64,000 bases of DNA, taken from contig OZ024743.1 in NCBI GenBank assembly GCA_964016885.1, positions 123,380,001 to 123,444,000 of the forward strand. Direction: 5' to 3'. The notes under the pieces were generated by a model that was not told where the DNA came from, made no database searches, and saw only the letters and a list, made by a program, of their open reading frames with translations. Every line of letters starts with the position of its first letter. The first letter of the stretch is position 1. Below are positions 40,019 to 54,600 of this stretch, in pieces. The translations under genes were made by a program, and so were the position numbers. Source of the stretch: Eledone cirrhosa. Lineage: Eukaryota.

Positions 40019-40250
40019 CTCTTCTTCTTCTTCTTCTTCTTCTTCTTCTTCTTCTTCTTCTTCTTCTTCTTCTTCTTCTTCTTCTTCTTCTTCGTCTTCT
40101 TCTTTTTCTTCTTCTTCTTCTTCTTCTTCTTTTTCTTCTTCTTATTATTCTTCTTCTTCTTCTTCTTCTTCTCCTCCTCCTCCTCCTCCTCCTCCTCCTC
40201 CTCCTCTTCCCCCTTCGGCTCCTCCTGCCTCTCCTCCTCCTCCTCCTCCT
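40019..40250. repeat. (CTT)n/(CCT)n compound microsatellite
   Basis: Seen directly. Confidence 0.95.
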
Positions 40251-40753
40251 TTTCCTTTCGCTATTGCACCTCAGCTCTTGTCCTCTCATATCTTACAACT
40301 GTGTTCATGTATTAATTCTATGAGCGTATTTTGCCTACATATCTCATACGTTTTAAGGCGTTGTTAATCTCTGTAATCTGCTCTCTTTTACTACCTCTAT
40401 CTACCCTTAACACCTTTCCCAACTTGATTGTCACTTCGGCATGCCGAGCAGGGAATACTGGATCATTCTACCTCCATTTTCCAAATCCAGCCTCTTCCTT
40501 CTTTCTCCTCGCTGACCATCTCATATTACTCAACTCTTTTCTCCCCATTCTCTACCTATCTCTATCTCGCCTCCCCCTCTCCCCGATATTTCCATCGTCA
40601 CTATCCACATCCCTTCCACATTACTTCCACATCAGCCTCACATTACTTCTCTTGTATTCTTTCGCACTTTCTTGTCTATGACTAAATAGACAGTACTACT
40701 TTCTGTCTGTCTCTGTCTGTTTGTTTCAGTCTATCTGTCTATATCTGTCCTTT

Positions 40754-40824
<71 letters not shown>

Positions 40825-40843
40825 ACTCTCTCTCTCTCACTCT

Positions 40844-40877
<34 letters not shown>

Positions 40878-42607
40878 TTCTTCTTCACTCTAGAAACTGA
40901 ACAAGAAAAGAATAAGAAACTGAACCATTAGATTCTTCACTACTAATAGAAGGTAAACTCAGTGAACTCTTACATAAATTATCGTATGGTGCACTGTCGA
41001 CACAGACCATCAATAGTTGCTTTGCATTCCGAATTATAGGTTATACTCTGGAAGGCGGTGTTTTATCATGGCCGTAATTTAATGAATAAAACCAGTAAAA
41101 TATTAAAAGGAACATTTCAGATATAAACTAATGACATTTATTACTCTGCTCTTTAATTATTATTACATTCTCTAGCGATCACACATTAACGCATGCCCTT
41201 TGATATTTTAACTAACTATGCTCCAATTAACCGCAGTGATAGGTCATGTGTGGTTCTCCGAGGCATATATCTCACAATTACTCTCTCATATCATAGCATC
41301 AGAAAATTCAGATTTTACCTCATGAGAAAGTGGGTGTTGACGCAAAAATAAATGGTTTGGAAATCCTGATATAAATTGCTGACATATGTGTTAAGATCAA
41401 GTTAAAATATTTAGAACTGCAGCATTGGCATACGTATTAATCATGAATTAAAGTCGTTTCAAAATGTAGAATACCTATTTAGCGCTGAAATAAGCTTTAT
41501 GATTTTACAACCTGAAATCATGGCGATGGTAGTTATGGTATTGGTGGCAGTGGTGTTAGTGTTCATACGCGGAAACTCTATAGATAATGAACACAACCAC
41601 AAGGATATGGTCCGAACGTCGAAGAGCCGAACTCCCATTGTCATCGCCTCCATCTCTGTCACGCTCCCCATCTCTCTGTGACCTATATTTAAAATGTATA
41701 GGCTCTCTGTATTAACTTTCCACATTAGAGCGAGGGAGAGTAAATCTGTTCTTTGCCTAAAAAGATTTGATTTAAGACATTTTAGTTCGCGGGTCACCAG
41801 CTTCCTTTTTTTTATAGGCTATTTCTGAATTTTTGTTTTTATCTCTGCCTATGGTCCACATATATTTTCTAGCAGATCTTACAAATACAAACTTGAAAAG
41901 ATTCGAAGCCCACAGAAAGTACCACAAAGTTCCACTTATGGAACATGGCCTACCTGTTGCATCTCCATGCTTTCGTCTCATAAAGAAACTAACTTGAAGT
42001 AAATTAACTGTTTCTGTAACAGAGAATGGAATATATTGTATTTTGTTACTGTTTTTTTTCTGGAGTGTGAAGCAAACTTTTATGAGGCTTTTCCGAGATT
42101 AACAAGAAAATGTCTTCAAAATTGTATTGATTAAATAAAAAATATTCCAAGAGAAAATAATCCAAAAAGAAAATAGATCTATTATTAGTTATATAAGTGT
42201 TTTGTTTTTGTACATGTTATTTAATCTGCACAAAATAATACTTGAATTCAAATAGCTTGAAATGTATTCAAATAGCTTCAAATCTATTATTGGATAGTTA
42301 TATTTTAACCAAACAATTTGGTAATATGGTATTTATGTTGCATTAAATAGTAGTTAAATTCAAATAACCATGGCTGGAGCAGTGTCGGATATTCAAGAAC
42401 AATGTAAAGTTATCTTTTATAATAAAAAACAAGAGTCAACTGCCAACCACTTTGTGCTAACTATGGCAAGGAAATGGTAATTTGATATCTTCCTCCCTAC
42501 CTACCTCTATCAAAACAGTATTGAAGAGACGGTCAGTAGTCAAACGGGTAGCTAACTATATCTACCTACTTATGTATCTTCTCACAAAATACTATATATA
42601 TATATAC

Positions 42608-42815
<208 letters not shown>

Positions 42816-43106
42816 TTGTCTGTCTATCTGTTTCCCTAGCTATGTTTTTACTTAAATAACTATCTACTTACCTGTCTATCTATCTATCTATCTATCTATC
42901 TGAGAACATAGACGACGTGTTTTTGTTTCGCTCCCGCATTTTGTCGGAATTTATTACGAGAAGTGGTAGGTCTGTTTAAGTAACTTGTTATTTGTTGTGT
43001 TTAACCCCTCGCCTGGGACTGCAGACGTTGGGTAAAATAAATTTCGCCCCTTTTTGGGGCGAAATTTAATAGTTATAAGTTGTCGATAAAAAGTCGTTTA
43101 GTGACA

Positions 43107-44913
43107 ATGGACGCCATTAATACGACGCATGCCACGCCCTCCAAGGAAAGTGATAGAGAGAAGGTAGCAGCACAACGCTGTAAGCCTTCCCTCCTCACTC
43201 CCGCAAAAGACACCACGGAATCAAAAGAAAAAATTGTGGAAATGGGTGAAAACCCCAAAAGTAACAATTACACAAACAAGAACAACAATGACAATAACAA
43301 CACAACCAACAACAGCAATAATGACAACACCAACAAAGGAAAAAAGCAAGCCAACACGAATAACAACAACAACAATGATAACAACACGAAAGAAAACGGA
43401 TCCACAGCTGCAGTCTCCTTCGCACAAGCGGTCTGAGAAACGCAGACATACAAGGCACTGGACATCTCGAATGCCAAGAAATTGCTGAAAGAAGCAAGGA
43501 ATTGTGTAAATTTCGAGGAAAGTGGGGAATTCACAATTACCTCCCCCGAAGAAATTAGAGGGGGTACAGTCCTCAGGACTGTAATCTTCAGGACAGTTTC
43601 GAACACGACTAGGAAATCGGCTCAATTGTCCCAAAGCGAAATTGAGCTGGTCCTAAGTAGTGTCTGGAAGGATATCGCTTTCATACAGAAAGGGAAACTG
43701 TATGGAAGCATATCGTTTAAATGCAAGATGAATTGGCGGCACGGAAATATTCTGTGTCGCCAATTGTATCCAAAGCATACACCTTTCCCCCACATATTTG
43801 GGGAAAAGAACTCAAAAGATAAGAATCTCGGGCATCAGGCCAAATGTGAGCATTTGGTGGGTGCTAACGGGATTCTTAGAAGGACAGAATCCTTTCGATA
43901 GGCAAACCCACCGGGGGCGTATTCGGCGGCAATAGCCTTGAAGTTCTGGTCCAAATGAAACCAGAACGGATAGCAAGAATACCGCAGCGTGCGTCCCTGG
44001 GTGAAGTCGCCTTCATAAACATTTCTGTTGAGGGCAGGCGGCCTTCATGCTACCACTGTTCAAGAAGTGTTCACCTGAGGGCTTCCTGTCCCCTTTTAAA
44101 TGCCCCCCCCCCCCAAAAAAAAAGACGCTTCTGCCCACCCCACACACAACAACACAACCACCACCCCCACCGCCACAAAACAACAACACGAAAAAATAAC
44201 AACACAAGACCTTGTCCCACCCAACCCCTCCCCACCTAAAACAAATACAAAAGCAACCACAACAAAACCCCTAAATATACCCCTCCCCAAAACACGGACG
44301 AGCACCCCTTATCAACGTCATCCAGTGACGACGAGGGAGAACCCTTTCAACCTGTAAAAAGAAAGAAAAGAAGGCACCACATTAACAAAAATGCAACAAA
44401 CACACAACCACCAGCACAAAGAGAACAAACATCACAAACAAAAAACCCACCACTCCCGAAAACATAACACATACTACAAAACGCAAACACACACAAGAAC
44501 AACAAACAAAAACAAACACAACACAACAAAAACAGTATATATATATCAACACAAACAACAAAACACTTGTGCAAACAATAGACAAAGACCCTTCGGTGGA
44601 AACCGAAGGGAAAATGTTAACCAACGCGGCGATTAAACTGCATTTAAAAATGATTAGGGTCACAAGGGACACCTACGCAATGCTCAAACAGAACTTTCCC
44701 GAGGACGTGGGGAACCCCTGTACTAGACCTAACAACCGCGTTCTCTTGAAATGTTTCCCCACCACCATTCCAGACACCCCTCCCCCCACCAAACACCCTC
44801 ACCTCACCACACACTTATGTCCCCACCACATCCCAAACCACCAACCACCAAACAACCCCGCCGACACCCCCATGGAAATTGTGCAGCCTGGTCCCCAGGA
44901 GAAGGACAGGTAG
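43107..44913 (+). pseudogene. Tx1 ORF1 (gag-like with CCHC knuckle), disrupted
   Basis: ORF pieces 43080-43436, 43482-43901, 43955-44239, 44569-44913. Confidence 0.7.
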
Positions 44914-44956
44914 GTGTCTTTTCCTTTTTCTCCACTCTAAACTCTTCACCACCAAC

Positions 44957-47900
44957 ATGGCTGTTATAAGAGTTGGATGTTTAAATGTGCGCAGCCTGGG
45001 GATGTCCTGGAAGCAGGGAAAACTCTTAAATGACCTCAGGTCGCACAGAATGGATGTGATAGCTATTTGCGAGTCCAGGATCAGCAGCGAGCACCAACTG
45101 GCCCCCATCTTCGACGACTTTGAGATCTATGCATCTCTCTGTCAGCCGGGTGGTGGGGGCGGGGTGGTCGTTCTGCTGCGAAATCACCTGGGCTTCGCAA
45201 CACGGAAGGTACACCTGGACCCGGAGGATTGACTGGTGGTTCTAGACGTAGGCAATAGTAAATGTGGAGCCTTGAGGTTGGGGCAGCGTATGCCCCATCT
45301 GGGACACCGCGACCGGATTTCTTCCAACGCCTAGAGACTTTTCTGGGAACGTCTAGCTCCTTGCTTTTAGTGGGGACTGGAATGGTATCCTGGATGCACA
45401 TTGGGACTATGTAGAGGCATGTTAATCGGCCGATTTGATCTGGCCGCTAGATATCGACTAGATTTTCCGATTGTGCCACTGTGGACGTGGACTAATCTCG
45501 GCGAAACATCTAGGTCGTACCTAGATAGGTTCCTAGTTAGAAATAAGGATAGGGACATATTAAGCTGTCCACGAATGGTCATGGTAGACTATTCGGATCA
45601 CAAGTTGGTGACCGGAGTGGTCAACCTTGATAGAACCATAGACAAGGACCCGGTAACTGGAAGCTAAACTTGTCCTTACCGACAAACAAAGCTTACAGTA
45701 AGCGGATTAGCACTCTAGTTAAGCAGCAGTTGACGGGGGAAATTATCAACAGCAGGTGGTGGGGCTCTCTCAAGAGAGAAATTAGAATACAATCGATAGG
45801 TTTTAGTCAGGAATTAGCATCAGATAGGAATAGAACTGAAAGGGAATTGATAGATAGAGTAGAAGAGGCGATTAGGAGGGGAAACGTGGCCCTAGACCAG
45901 TTCTTTGACGCGAAGCACGAAGGCTGTGTTGTCAGGAGTAAAATACGTGCCCTGGGTTACGAGGGAGCCAAGGCTGTTAGCTGGGCCCGAGTGACAGAGG
46001 CAAAAATTGGAAACAAGTCCACGATTCGGTCTTTGAAGGACCAGGGTGGACGCGTGATCCTTGAACCTGAGCGGATGTGCACGGATTTTCAACGGCGCTT
46101 TGCACGACTGTTCGGGAGGGGCGGCGGACCGGGTGAGGCCATGGATTTCGGTCCATACCTCGACGGTCTGCCGCGGCTCTCGGAAGGGGAGGCGAAGTCC
46201 TGCAAAAGGCCGATTTCAGCCGCTGAAATAGAGGAAACGCTGAGCATATGCGGCAAACGCAAATCTACCGGTCTCGATGGTCTACCATACGAACTTTATG
46301 TAGCGATGCCGAACTTGTTCTCCGATCTCTTCGAGGCGGTCTATTGCAACTGGCAACAGAACGAGATAATTCCCAGTTCTGTGACCAAGGGCGTAGTCAC
46401 GCTGGTGAGGAAGGACGAGAACAAGGGGGATAACATAGATAACTTCAGGCCCATAACTCTGCTAAATACAGAGTTAAAGATTTTGGCCAAGATGTTAACG
46501 AAGAGGTTGGCTCTTGTCATCGGGAACCTGGTGGGAGAAGCGCAGACATGCGCAATCCCATCCAGGTTCATACACGACAACCTCCACCTCATGCGATAGG
46601 GAGGGTAGGGAACGAACCCGGCTTTGGTGGGGCCCTGATCAACTTGGATCAATCTAAGGCGTTCGATAGGGTCGACCATCGGTACCTGGATGCGGTGCTT
46701 GCGGTGGCAGGCTTCGGACCCGTTTTCAGGGGCTGGATTGCTGCAATGCACAGCTGCAACACCTGCTAGAGGGTCAAGGTGAACGGCTACTTCTTGGAGC
46801 TGTTCCAAATCGCGCGATCCATCCGACAGGGATGCCCTCTCTCCACCCTTCTGTATGTGCTGGCTCTCGAGCCACTACTGCGGAAGTTGGAGCTGTTGCA
46901 GGGAATCCCCTTGGAACCGGGATTGCGGAAAGCGGTGTCGGCCTACGCCGATGACGTGACAGTAATGGTGTCGTGCGCCTCGGAAATCGAGCAGATCAGC
47001 ACCTTACTGGAGGAATACGAAAGGTTTACAGGAGCCAAGCTGAACTGGGATAAGTACGTCGGTTTGCAACTCGGAACGGGAAGAGGCAAACCGATGCCCT
47101 CCGACGGCGTCGTCAGACGCTGGACGGAGGGACCGGTGAAGCTGCTCGGGGTCTGGTTCGGACCGGACCTCCAAGTGGAGAAAAACTGGGACAAGGTAAC
47201 GGGAAGGGTGTTTGCACTCGCCCAGAAGTGGGCCGAGTGCAAACTATCCCTGAAAGGTCGAGCAGAGGTGGCGAACACTTATATAGCGTCCGTCATCTAC
47301 TACCGCTTGACCGTCGTGCCTTGGCCAGCGAAAACGCTCGCCAAAATGGAGCGCGCGCTCTTCCGATTCCTTTGGAAGACGCGGGCCCCTTTGGTGAGAA
47401 GATCCATCTGCTGTCAACACCCTTCGAACGGAGGGCTGGGGATGCCGTGGCTGACGATGCGTAGACACGCATTAAGGCTACGGCACCTCCAGGTTTTCCT
47501 CACCGGTCACCCGGTGTGGGCCCCTTTTGTGAGACGAGCCTTTCCGAGACTCGTCTCACTCACCGCGCTGCAATCCTGGGTCCAGCATAGACCGAAAAAA
47601 GTGGGCGACTGGCACATTGAATGTGCCCAGGCGCTCACGGCCGTCTGGCAAGCGGATCCGTCAATCAGTGGAGACTCAACTTCAACATTCTATAGAGGGT
47701 TGGTGCGCTGCATGTGCGACGACGCTCTCGGAGAGGCTCTGGACATGGAGGAAGACGAGCTAGCCAGTTTGTTCGGAAGGACGTTTGGCCCGGGACCGAT
47801 GGACAACTTCCAAAAGTCCCTGGCTTGGCAGTGTTACAGAGGAGCTCTACCCGTTCGGGACAAGCTCTACAGACACGGCCTCCCGGGTAGGGACCCCTCG

Positions 47901-48285
47901 AAGAAGATCTGTCCGAGATGCGTGCGTGACGAGGAAACCGTCGCGCACGCATTCGTACACGACGTTGCTGGCGTTGCTGACCTGTGGGGCTATGTGGAAC
48001 GACTACTGTCGCGGGTGGAACCAATCCGGTTGACCACCGAGTACATTGTCACGATCAAACCGCCTCCCCCCTTCAAAAATGAAGGAGAGGCGGTTTTCCT
48101 CTGTGTGATAACTATGGCGAAAGAGGTTGAAAGGGCTGAGGTCAGCCACTTTTCTCTCCGGCCAACAACTGGTTCTTTTTTTCAAGTACCATTTTAGAAG
48201 ATCAGAGGATCAGCAAGTTTTATGAAAGGTGAAAGTGGCGAGAATGGCCCGAGTGAATGGGCCTTCTCTATATATCAACCTGTAG
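44957..48285 (+). pseudogene. Tx1 ORF2 (AP endonuclease-RT), disrupted by stops and frameshifts
   Basis: ORF pieces 44879-45232, 45401-45667, 45670-46599, 46548-46769, 46779-48197. Confidence 0.88.
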
Positions 48286-50718
48286 GTGAGAGAGGAGAGG
48301 AAGGAGGAGAGGAAGGGAGCACCCGCTCTTTGTGCTCCTGAGGAGGAGGGTTGCACATTTTTTTCGGGGGTGTGTGCGACCCACGTCAGCGTCCCCTCCC
48401 TATTGAGGACTTCGATTGTTGAATTTGATTTGTTATATATTTTTACACGTCCCTTGAAATGTATATAAACTCCCCCTCTTGTATTTGTCCCAATCTTTGA
48501 TGCCCTGGTCGCAAATAAATAGAAAGTTATCTATCTGTATGCCTATCTGACTACCTGTCATTTTTATTATAAACCCCGTCATTTGACGGGTACTACGCTA
48601 GTTAGTAAATAATACAGACTAAAGCTGGGAAAGTAGAAACATAATCATAACATTACTATAAATATACAATTATAAGAAAAGTTACTAAAACCAGAAATAG
48701 ATGCGGAACTCCAGCATGGTCTTGACTGTGTTGGTTAATCCAATCTAAAGAATTAATGAAAAATTATAAATGCAAACCCAAAACAAAAAGCTGACTATAT
48801 GGTAAGTTTCTCACTATATTTTCACTTGGCTTCCTTTTCAACTGATAGCAAGTATCGTACATTGAAATGATAAAGAAAAAGTAAATACATTTGCATCAAA
48901 ATGCGTGGAAATTTCAATATTAATATATCAATTATGAATCAATAGACTACTTAATAAGACATGTCTTTATTTTTCACTATTCATCTACCTTTATTTGGTT
49001 TTGTAAATCTTTTCAATAAATTCAGGAAATATATTACAATTATTAACGTTTCAAAATAAGGATGATATCAATAGTAACTAAAGAAAAATTCAATTAGCAT
49101 CAATTTAAAAGAATAAGATATGATTGCAGGTTCAATAGAAAATACGAACGTTCGAATGAAAGTTTTCACAAATCCTAGACAGTGCTTGAAGCCTTGTAAA
49201 TGACAATTATGTGCGCTGCGATTTATTTCAATTCTATGTATAGCAATCTTAAGATTCAAATATTAAGTCAGAATTAACACGAATATTCGAAACTTCTAAA
49301 ATATACAACAAACTTAAAATATTAACCTCTAGCACTTATATTTCAAAAGACAACCCACATATTTTAGTAAAATTATATTAGAATATAAAAAAACAAATAG
49401 TTTCTCCAGCTCTATAGTCAAGTATAAAAACAAAAACATGAATTGACGTGATGCAGAAATGAAATGACGAATGAAATATTTGATGCGTTGCTATGAAAGG
49501 AAGCGATCATGGACATGACAAGAAGATGTGATTTTTGTTGGTTTGTTTAGCTTTAGTTTTGAGGCCGCAGGTGCAAGCGAATATCTAACTGTCTTGGTTA
49601 CTCATGAAATATGCCAATATATAAACAGCGTTATTCTCTGGAAAAAAATTAGTTATTCCTCTGACAATTTCGTTTGTTAAACAAAGAGACAAACAAGGAT
49701 TGAGAAGAGAGTAGGGAATAGAGAAAAAAGAAGAGGCAAGGATAGATAGATAAAAACATATAGAGAAACCAAGTTAAAGTAGCATACTGATTAACAATAT
49801 ATCTAAGAGATGATGAGAAGGAAATGTCAAGCCCAGAGCAAAATGCTTAGCCACTGATTAATTGGACTTAATTTCAAAACCTTACGATATTAATCAAACT
49901 GATGTGCTTTGATGGTGACACATTCGACAAAATGTTTCACCAGTTACATACACGTCCCTTCCTATATAATTATAAATATTTTTACTCTCGTTAATGGGAG
50001 GCAACAGCAGCGCCCATATAGCTTTCAGTAATTCTATTTTTGTGGTTTGTGTGTTTGGTGTTGTTGTACTCATTATTATTAATTGGGATATAAAGGCTCA
50101 TTATATCTTTCTTTTAGTCAAGATATAATTAGTGCATGGTGAATCTACAAGCAGGAAACCGGACTAAAGAAATCACTGACAACAATTTGCTAAAAAACAA
50201 CCCCCGTATTTTCTGATTGCCCAGGGATTTACTGCAGGAAATGTATTCATCTTCAATTGTAAATTAATTTATTAATTTTAATTTTTAATGTTAATTAATA
50301 CATATCTTAGTCCATAGTTCAACTGGCTCATTACATCTGCGATTATTTAGCGAATAAACTTGCTGTTTACTTGTATTTTCTTAAAGGATTTCACGTTGTA
50401 TCACCTGGAATGAAAATTTCTTAATAATAATTATGACTATGTGATTAAAGTGTTCGCTTTACAACTACGTAGTTTTAAGTTAAACAATGTCAAATTTGGT
50501 AGATGATAAAAGTCCTGCTTGTCTCATAGTAAGCTGTTGCTCATACGATTATCATCAGTATAATTAGATAACTTCAGCGTGAGGGGGGGGGGGCACAAGT
50601 GACTTCGCAGATGACCGACTATCATTTTGACAATGGAGTGGTACATCTGCTCCAGTTAGCGGGAAAATCTAGCCATTAGATAAAGAAAAATGAATCTTTC
50701 ACGACCTTTGAATGACTC

Positions 50719-50794
50719 AAGAAGAAGAAGAAGAAGAAGAAGAAGAAGAAGAAGAAGAAGAAGAAGAAGAAGAAGAAGAAGAAGAAGAAGAAGA

Positions 50795-50852
<58 letters not shown>
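50719..50852. repeat. (GAA)n(TAA)n compound microsatellite, left border of the insertion cluster
   Basis: Seen directly; mirrored by (TAA)n(GAA)n at 55960-56087. Confidence 0.95.
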
Positions 50853-50854
<2 letters not shown>

Positions 50855-51570
50855 TTTCTTTATTAACCACAAGGGTTTACATAAAGTAGACATTAAGGAC
50901 AGTGCAGGACAATGCAGGACGGTACAAATGGGCATTTCTGCGTGTAAAAAACAAAAACAGAGGATGTAACAAAAAATAACAATGAAAAATTCCCCAATAG
51001 GGGGCAGACTTCGGAGGGACATTTGTGGAGAAAGCCCAGTAAAAAGCCACAATGACCCTGACCACCAAGGCAAGTGCCCTCTCCCAGTTTTCCACCTTTA
51101 ATTTACAGATATATACTCAGAGTAGGCCATTCACTCGGGCCATTCTTGCTTCTCTCACCCATCTTTCAACAAAATGCTGGGAAGAGAGCACTTCCCTCTC
51201 TACTCTGATTTTCATTTTCAAATGAAATTTGAAAAAGTCAATCAGGGCATCAACGAAGAGGTAAGTGCTCGTCTTCAGCCCTTTCAAACGTGTCCACCAT
51301 ACTATCTCTTTCGCCATGGCCACCAGACAGATAAAAACTGCCTGCCCTTCCCGGCTAAAGGAGGAGGGCGGGGCAATCCTCACGATGGACTCAGATGATA
51401 GCCGGATCCGTCCTAAACGCGACAGCAGGTGTTCGACATAAACCCACAAGTCAGCAATTTTCAGACACTGGACGAGTGCGTGCAGGACGGTTTCGTCGCC
51501 CTGCGCGCATCTCGGACATGCCCGGCTGACGGCACCTCCATGCCTGTAGAGTTTATCCCGAACTGGCAAA
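50853..51570 (-). mobile_element. Tx1 (TTA family) 5'-truncated copy with an open C-terminal frame
   Basis: LPVRDKLYRHG..RACPRCAQGDETVLHALVQC in ORF 51117-51737; 3' UTR ends aataaagaaatc(att)n. Confidence 0.9.
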
Positions 51571-51571
51571 T

Positions 51572-51640
<69 letters not shown>

Positions 51641-51641
<1 letters not shown>

Positions 51642-54600
51642 TTTATGTGTGTCCGTATACAGCGTGGTGATAATGCCACACAAGGGCCAAGTGGGATGGC
51701 GGATCCACAGATGGCTATGTAAACATACATTCGCCAATCCTCGATAAGAGTGTTTAAATATCGAACATAAACAGTTCGAATAACGGTGAAATGGAGACTA
51801 GAACGTCATGTGACAGACTCTCACCCAACAGGTGCCCCCTGGCTCAGCAGCAGGAACCTGACTGTCAACCAAATACTGCTGATGTTGGAGGAAGAAGAAG
51901 AAGGAAAGGGGCCAGAACCAACTGGACGAAAGAATTGAATAGAACTGTTATGCAATGCTACCTGAAAAGTAACCCCAAGGAGAGGGGCTACAGGAGACGG
52001 ATGCATAACATCTGGAACGAGATTGGTTTATTTAAATTAGATGAACAAAAATTGGCCGGGCAGGCTCGGGTAATAAGAACTAATGGGTGGATAAGCGAGC
52101 TGGAACTGGAGGAACTGAGCAGAGAGAATGGCTTGGAGATGGCGGGTGTAGTATGCCAGACAAGCGAGCCGGCGGGAAATGAAGGTGAGGAGGTCCTGAG
52201 AACGGAGGAACCACCCGAAGCAGACAATGATCTGAATACTGAGATAAATAATACCTGGAACAGAGATACGGCCACTGAGGAGATGAATGCTGACGGGCTA
52301 GGACAAGATTCGGTTGACATCCTAAATTTAGTGGTAGATGAGTTGAACAATGATAGTGGGAGACCTATGAACCTAAGATTTGTAGACAGGAAAAAGTTAA
52401 AAGAAACAACAGCTAAGGTAAACAAAGTCATCCCATACCTTGAGGCGAGGAGTCTTCACCAGTGCAACAATATCCTCAAAGCAACAGCAAATACGGTGAG
52501 GAAACTACTTGGTATAAAAGCGAGAGGAAACAACAGACAAGAAAGAGCAGAGCCGTGGTGGAAGAAGCGACTGAGTGGGCAAATCGGGGAAATGAGAAAT
52601 GACATAGGAAAGCTTGAGTCACTACTGAATGGGACACTAAAAAACATAGGCACTAAAAATAGACTGGAAATAAAATACAAAACTAGGAGTAAAAAGCTAA
52701 ATATTATCATAGAGGAATTGAAGCAACGCATTGTAGCAAAGAGTGCCAAAATCAGGCGATACGAGAACAGAGTCAGTCAGTATAAACAGAACCGCATGTT
52801 CGACAACAACCAGAAGATGCTGTTTGGACAGCTTGAGGGGAAAGAAAGAGGCAACGACTTGATCCCTGGGGCGGAACAAGCTAAAACATTCTGGAGAGGA
52901 ATATGGGAGCAGGATGTTAGACACAATGCCCAGGCAGGGTGGATTGAGACAGTACAGAGGGAGATCGGTGAGCAGGCACAGCAACAGACTGATTTGAGTA
53001 TCACAGTTGAAACTCTTAAGGGGCAAGCCAAAAAACTAACCAACTGGAAATCACCAGGCCCAGATGGTGTGCAGGGGTATTGGATTAAACATTTAACATC
53101 CCTCCACCCGAAGCTGACGGCCATGTTCAATGACTGCTTGGTGTCGGGTGAGGTGCCAGAGTGGTTGACAAAAGGTACCACAGTTCTGATAATGAAAGAC
53201 CGAATCAAGGGTAATGATGTTACCAACTATAGACCTATCACATGTCTGCCCGTAATGTGGAAACTGTTGACGAGCATTGTGTCTGAGGAAATCTACCATC
53301 ACCTCCACACAAACAACTTGTTACCGGACGAACAGAAAGGATGCCGAAAGAAGTCACGTGGTACAAAGGACCAGTTGCTTATTGATAAGATGGTAATGGG
53401 GAATTGCAGGAGGAGACACACTGATCTTGCCATGGGATGGATAGACTACAGAAAGGCATTTGACATGGTGCCTCATTCCTGGATCACCAAAAGCCTGGAG
53501 ATCTTCAGGGTGGCAGATAACATCAGACAGTTGCTGGGCAGGAGTATGGGGTCCTGGGAGACAGAGTTGACATCAACTGGAGTATCCTTGGGAAGCGTGA
53601 AGATCAAGAGAGGTATCTTCCAGGGAGATAGCCTGTCCCCTCTGTTGTTTGTCCTTGCCCTGATGCCCTTGACCATTATGCTGCGAAAAGTGAGAGCAGG
53701 ATACAAGTTGGGAAGGGGAGAGCTTACCATCAATCACCTCCTCTTCATGGACGATCTTAAGCTCTTCGGGAAAAGTGAGAAGGAGTTGGATGTGCTTGTT
53801 GACACTGTCCGTATTTTCAGCAGTGATATATGTATGCAGTTTGGTATTGGTAAATGTGGAGTCATTGTGATGAGGAGGGGTAGGTTGAGCAGAAGTAACG
53901 GGATCCAGATACCAACAGGTGAGATGATAAAGGAAATTGACTCTGAGGAAGGATACAAGTATTTGGGCGTTCTGGAGGCTGATGGCATAAAGAACAAAAA
54001 AATGAAGGAATTGTTAAGAACTGAATACATTCGGAGAGTAAGGAGCGTATTGAAGTCACATCTGAACAGCAGAAATGCCATAAGCGCAGTAAATTCCCGA
54101 GCTGTGTCTATTATTAGGTACAGTGCGGGAATTCTGAGATGGAATGTTGCTGAACAAAAAGAAATGGATAGGAAGACTAGGAAGCTATTGACTATCTACA
54201 ACATGTTCCACAAGAGGAGTGATGTCGATAGACTCTACCTAAGGAGATCTGAGGGTGGAAGAGGTCTTATCAGCATAGAGGACTGTGTTCAGATGGAGAA
54301 AAACAACCTATACAAATACGTGACCTATAGTAAGGAGCCAATGCTCAGAGCTGTACTGAAGGAGGGGACAGTAGGCCAGGGGATATCCAAGGAGGAAATA
54401 ACATCAAGGAGGAAGAGCAGCCTTAAGGGAAAATCCCTTCATAGTACCTTCTTTGAGAAAACTGAATTTAGAGATCCACAGACATGGAACTGGTTGAGAA
54501 GAGGAGACCTCAAAAAGGCTACAGAAGGAATGCTAATGGCTGCGCAGGAGCAGGCCCTCAAAACGAAGTGGTTGAAGCACCATATCTACAAGGAGGAGGC

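Larger units (their letters stand above)
42902..48527 (+). mobile_element. Full-length but decayed Tx1/L1-clade retrotransposon in a (TATC)n tract
   Basis: ORF1 pieces with SFAQAV and zinc knuckle CYHCSRSVHLRASC; ORF2 with APE (CLNVRSL, ICESR, SYLDRFL, YSDHKLV) and RT (GLDGLPYE, FRPITLLN, DQSKAFD, RQGCPLS, YADD). Confidence 0.93.

Noticed and set aside
39897-40367. Poly-Ser/Arg/Leu/Pro ORFs, and the many [12 protein letters not shown] and poly-I/Y ORFs elsewhere
   Set aside because: They are translations of microsatellites that lack stop codons.
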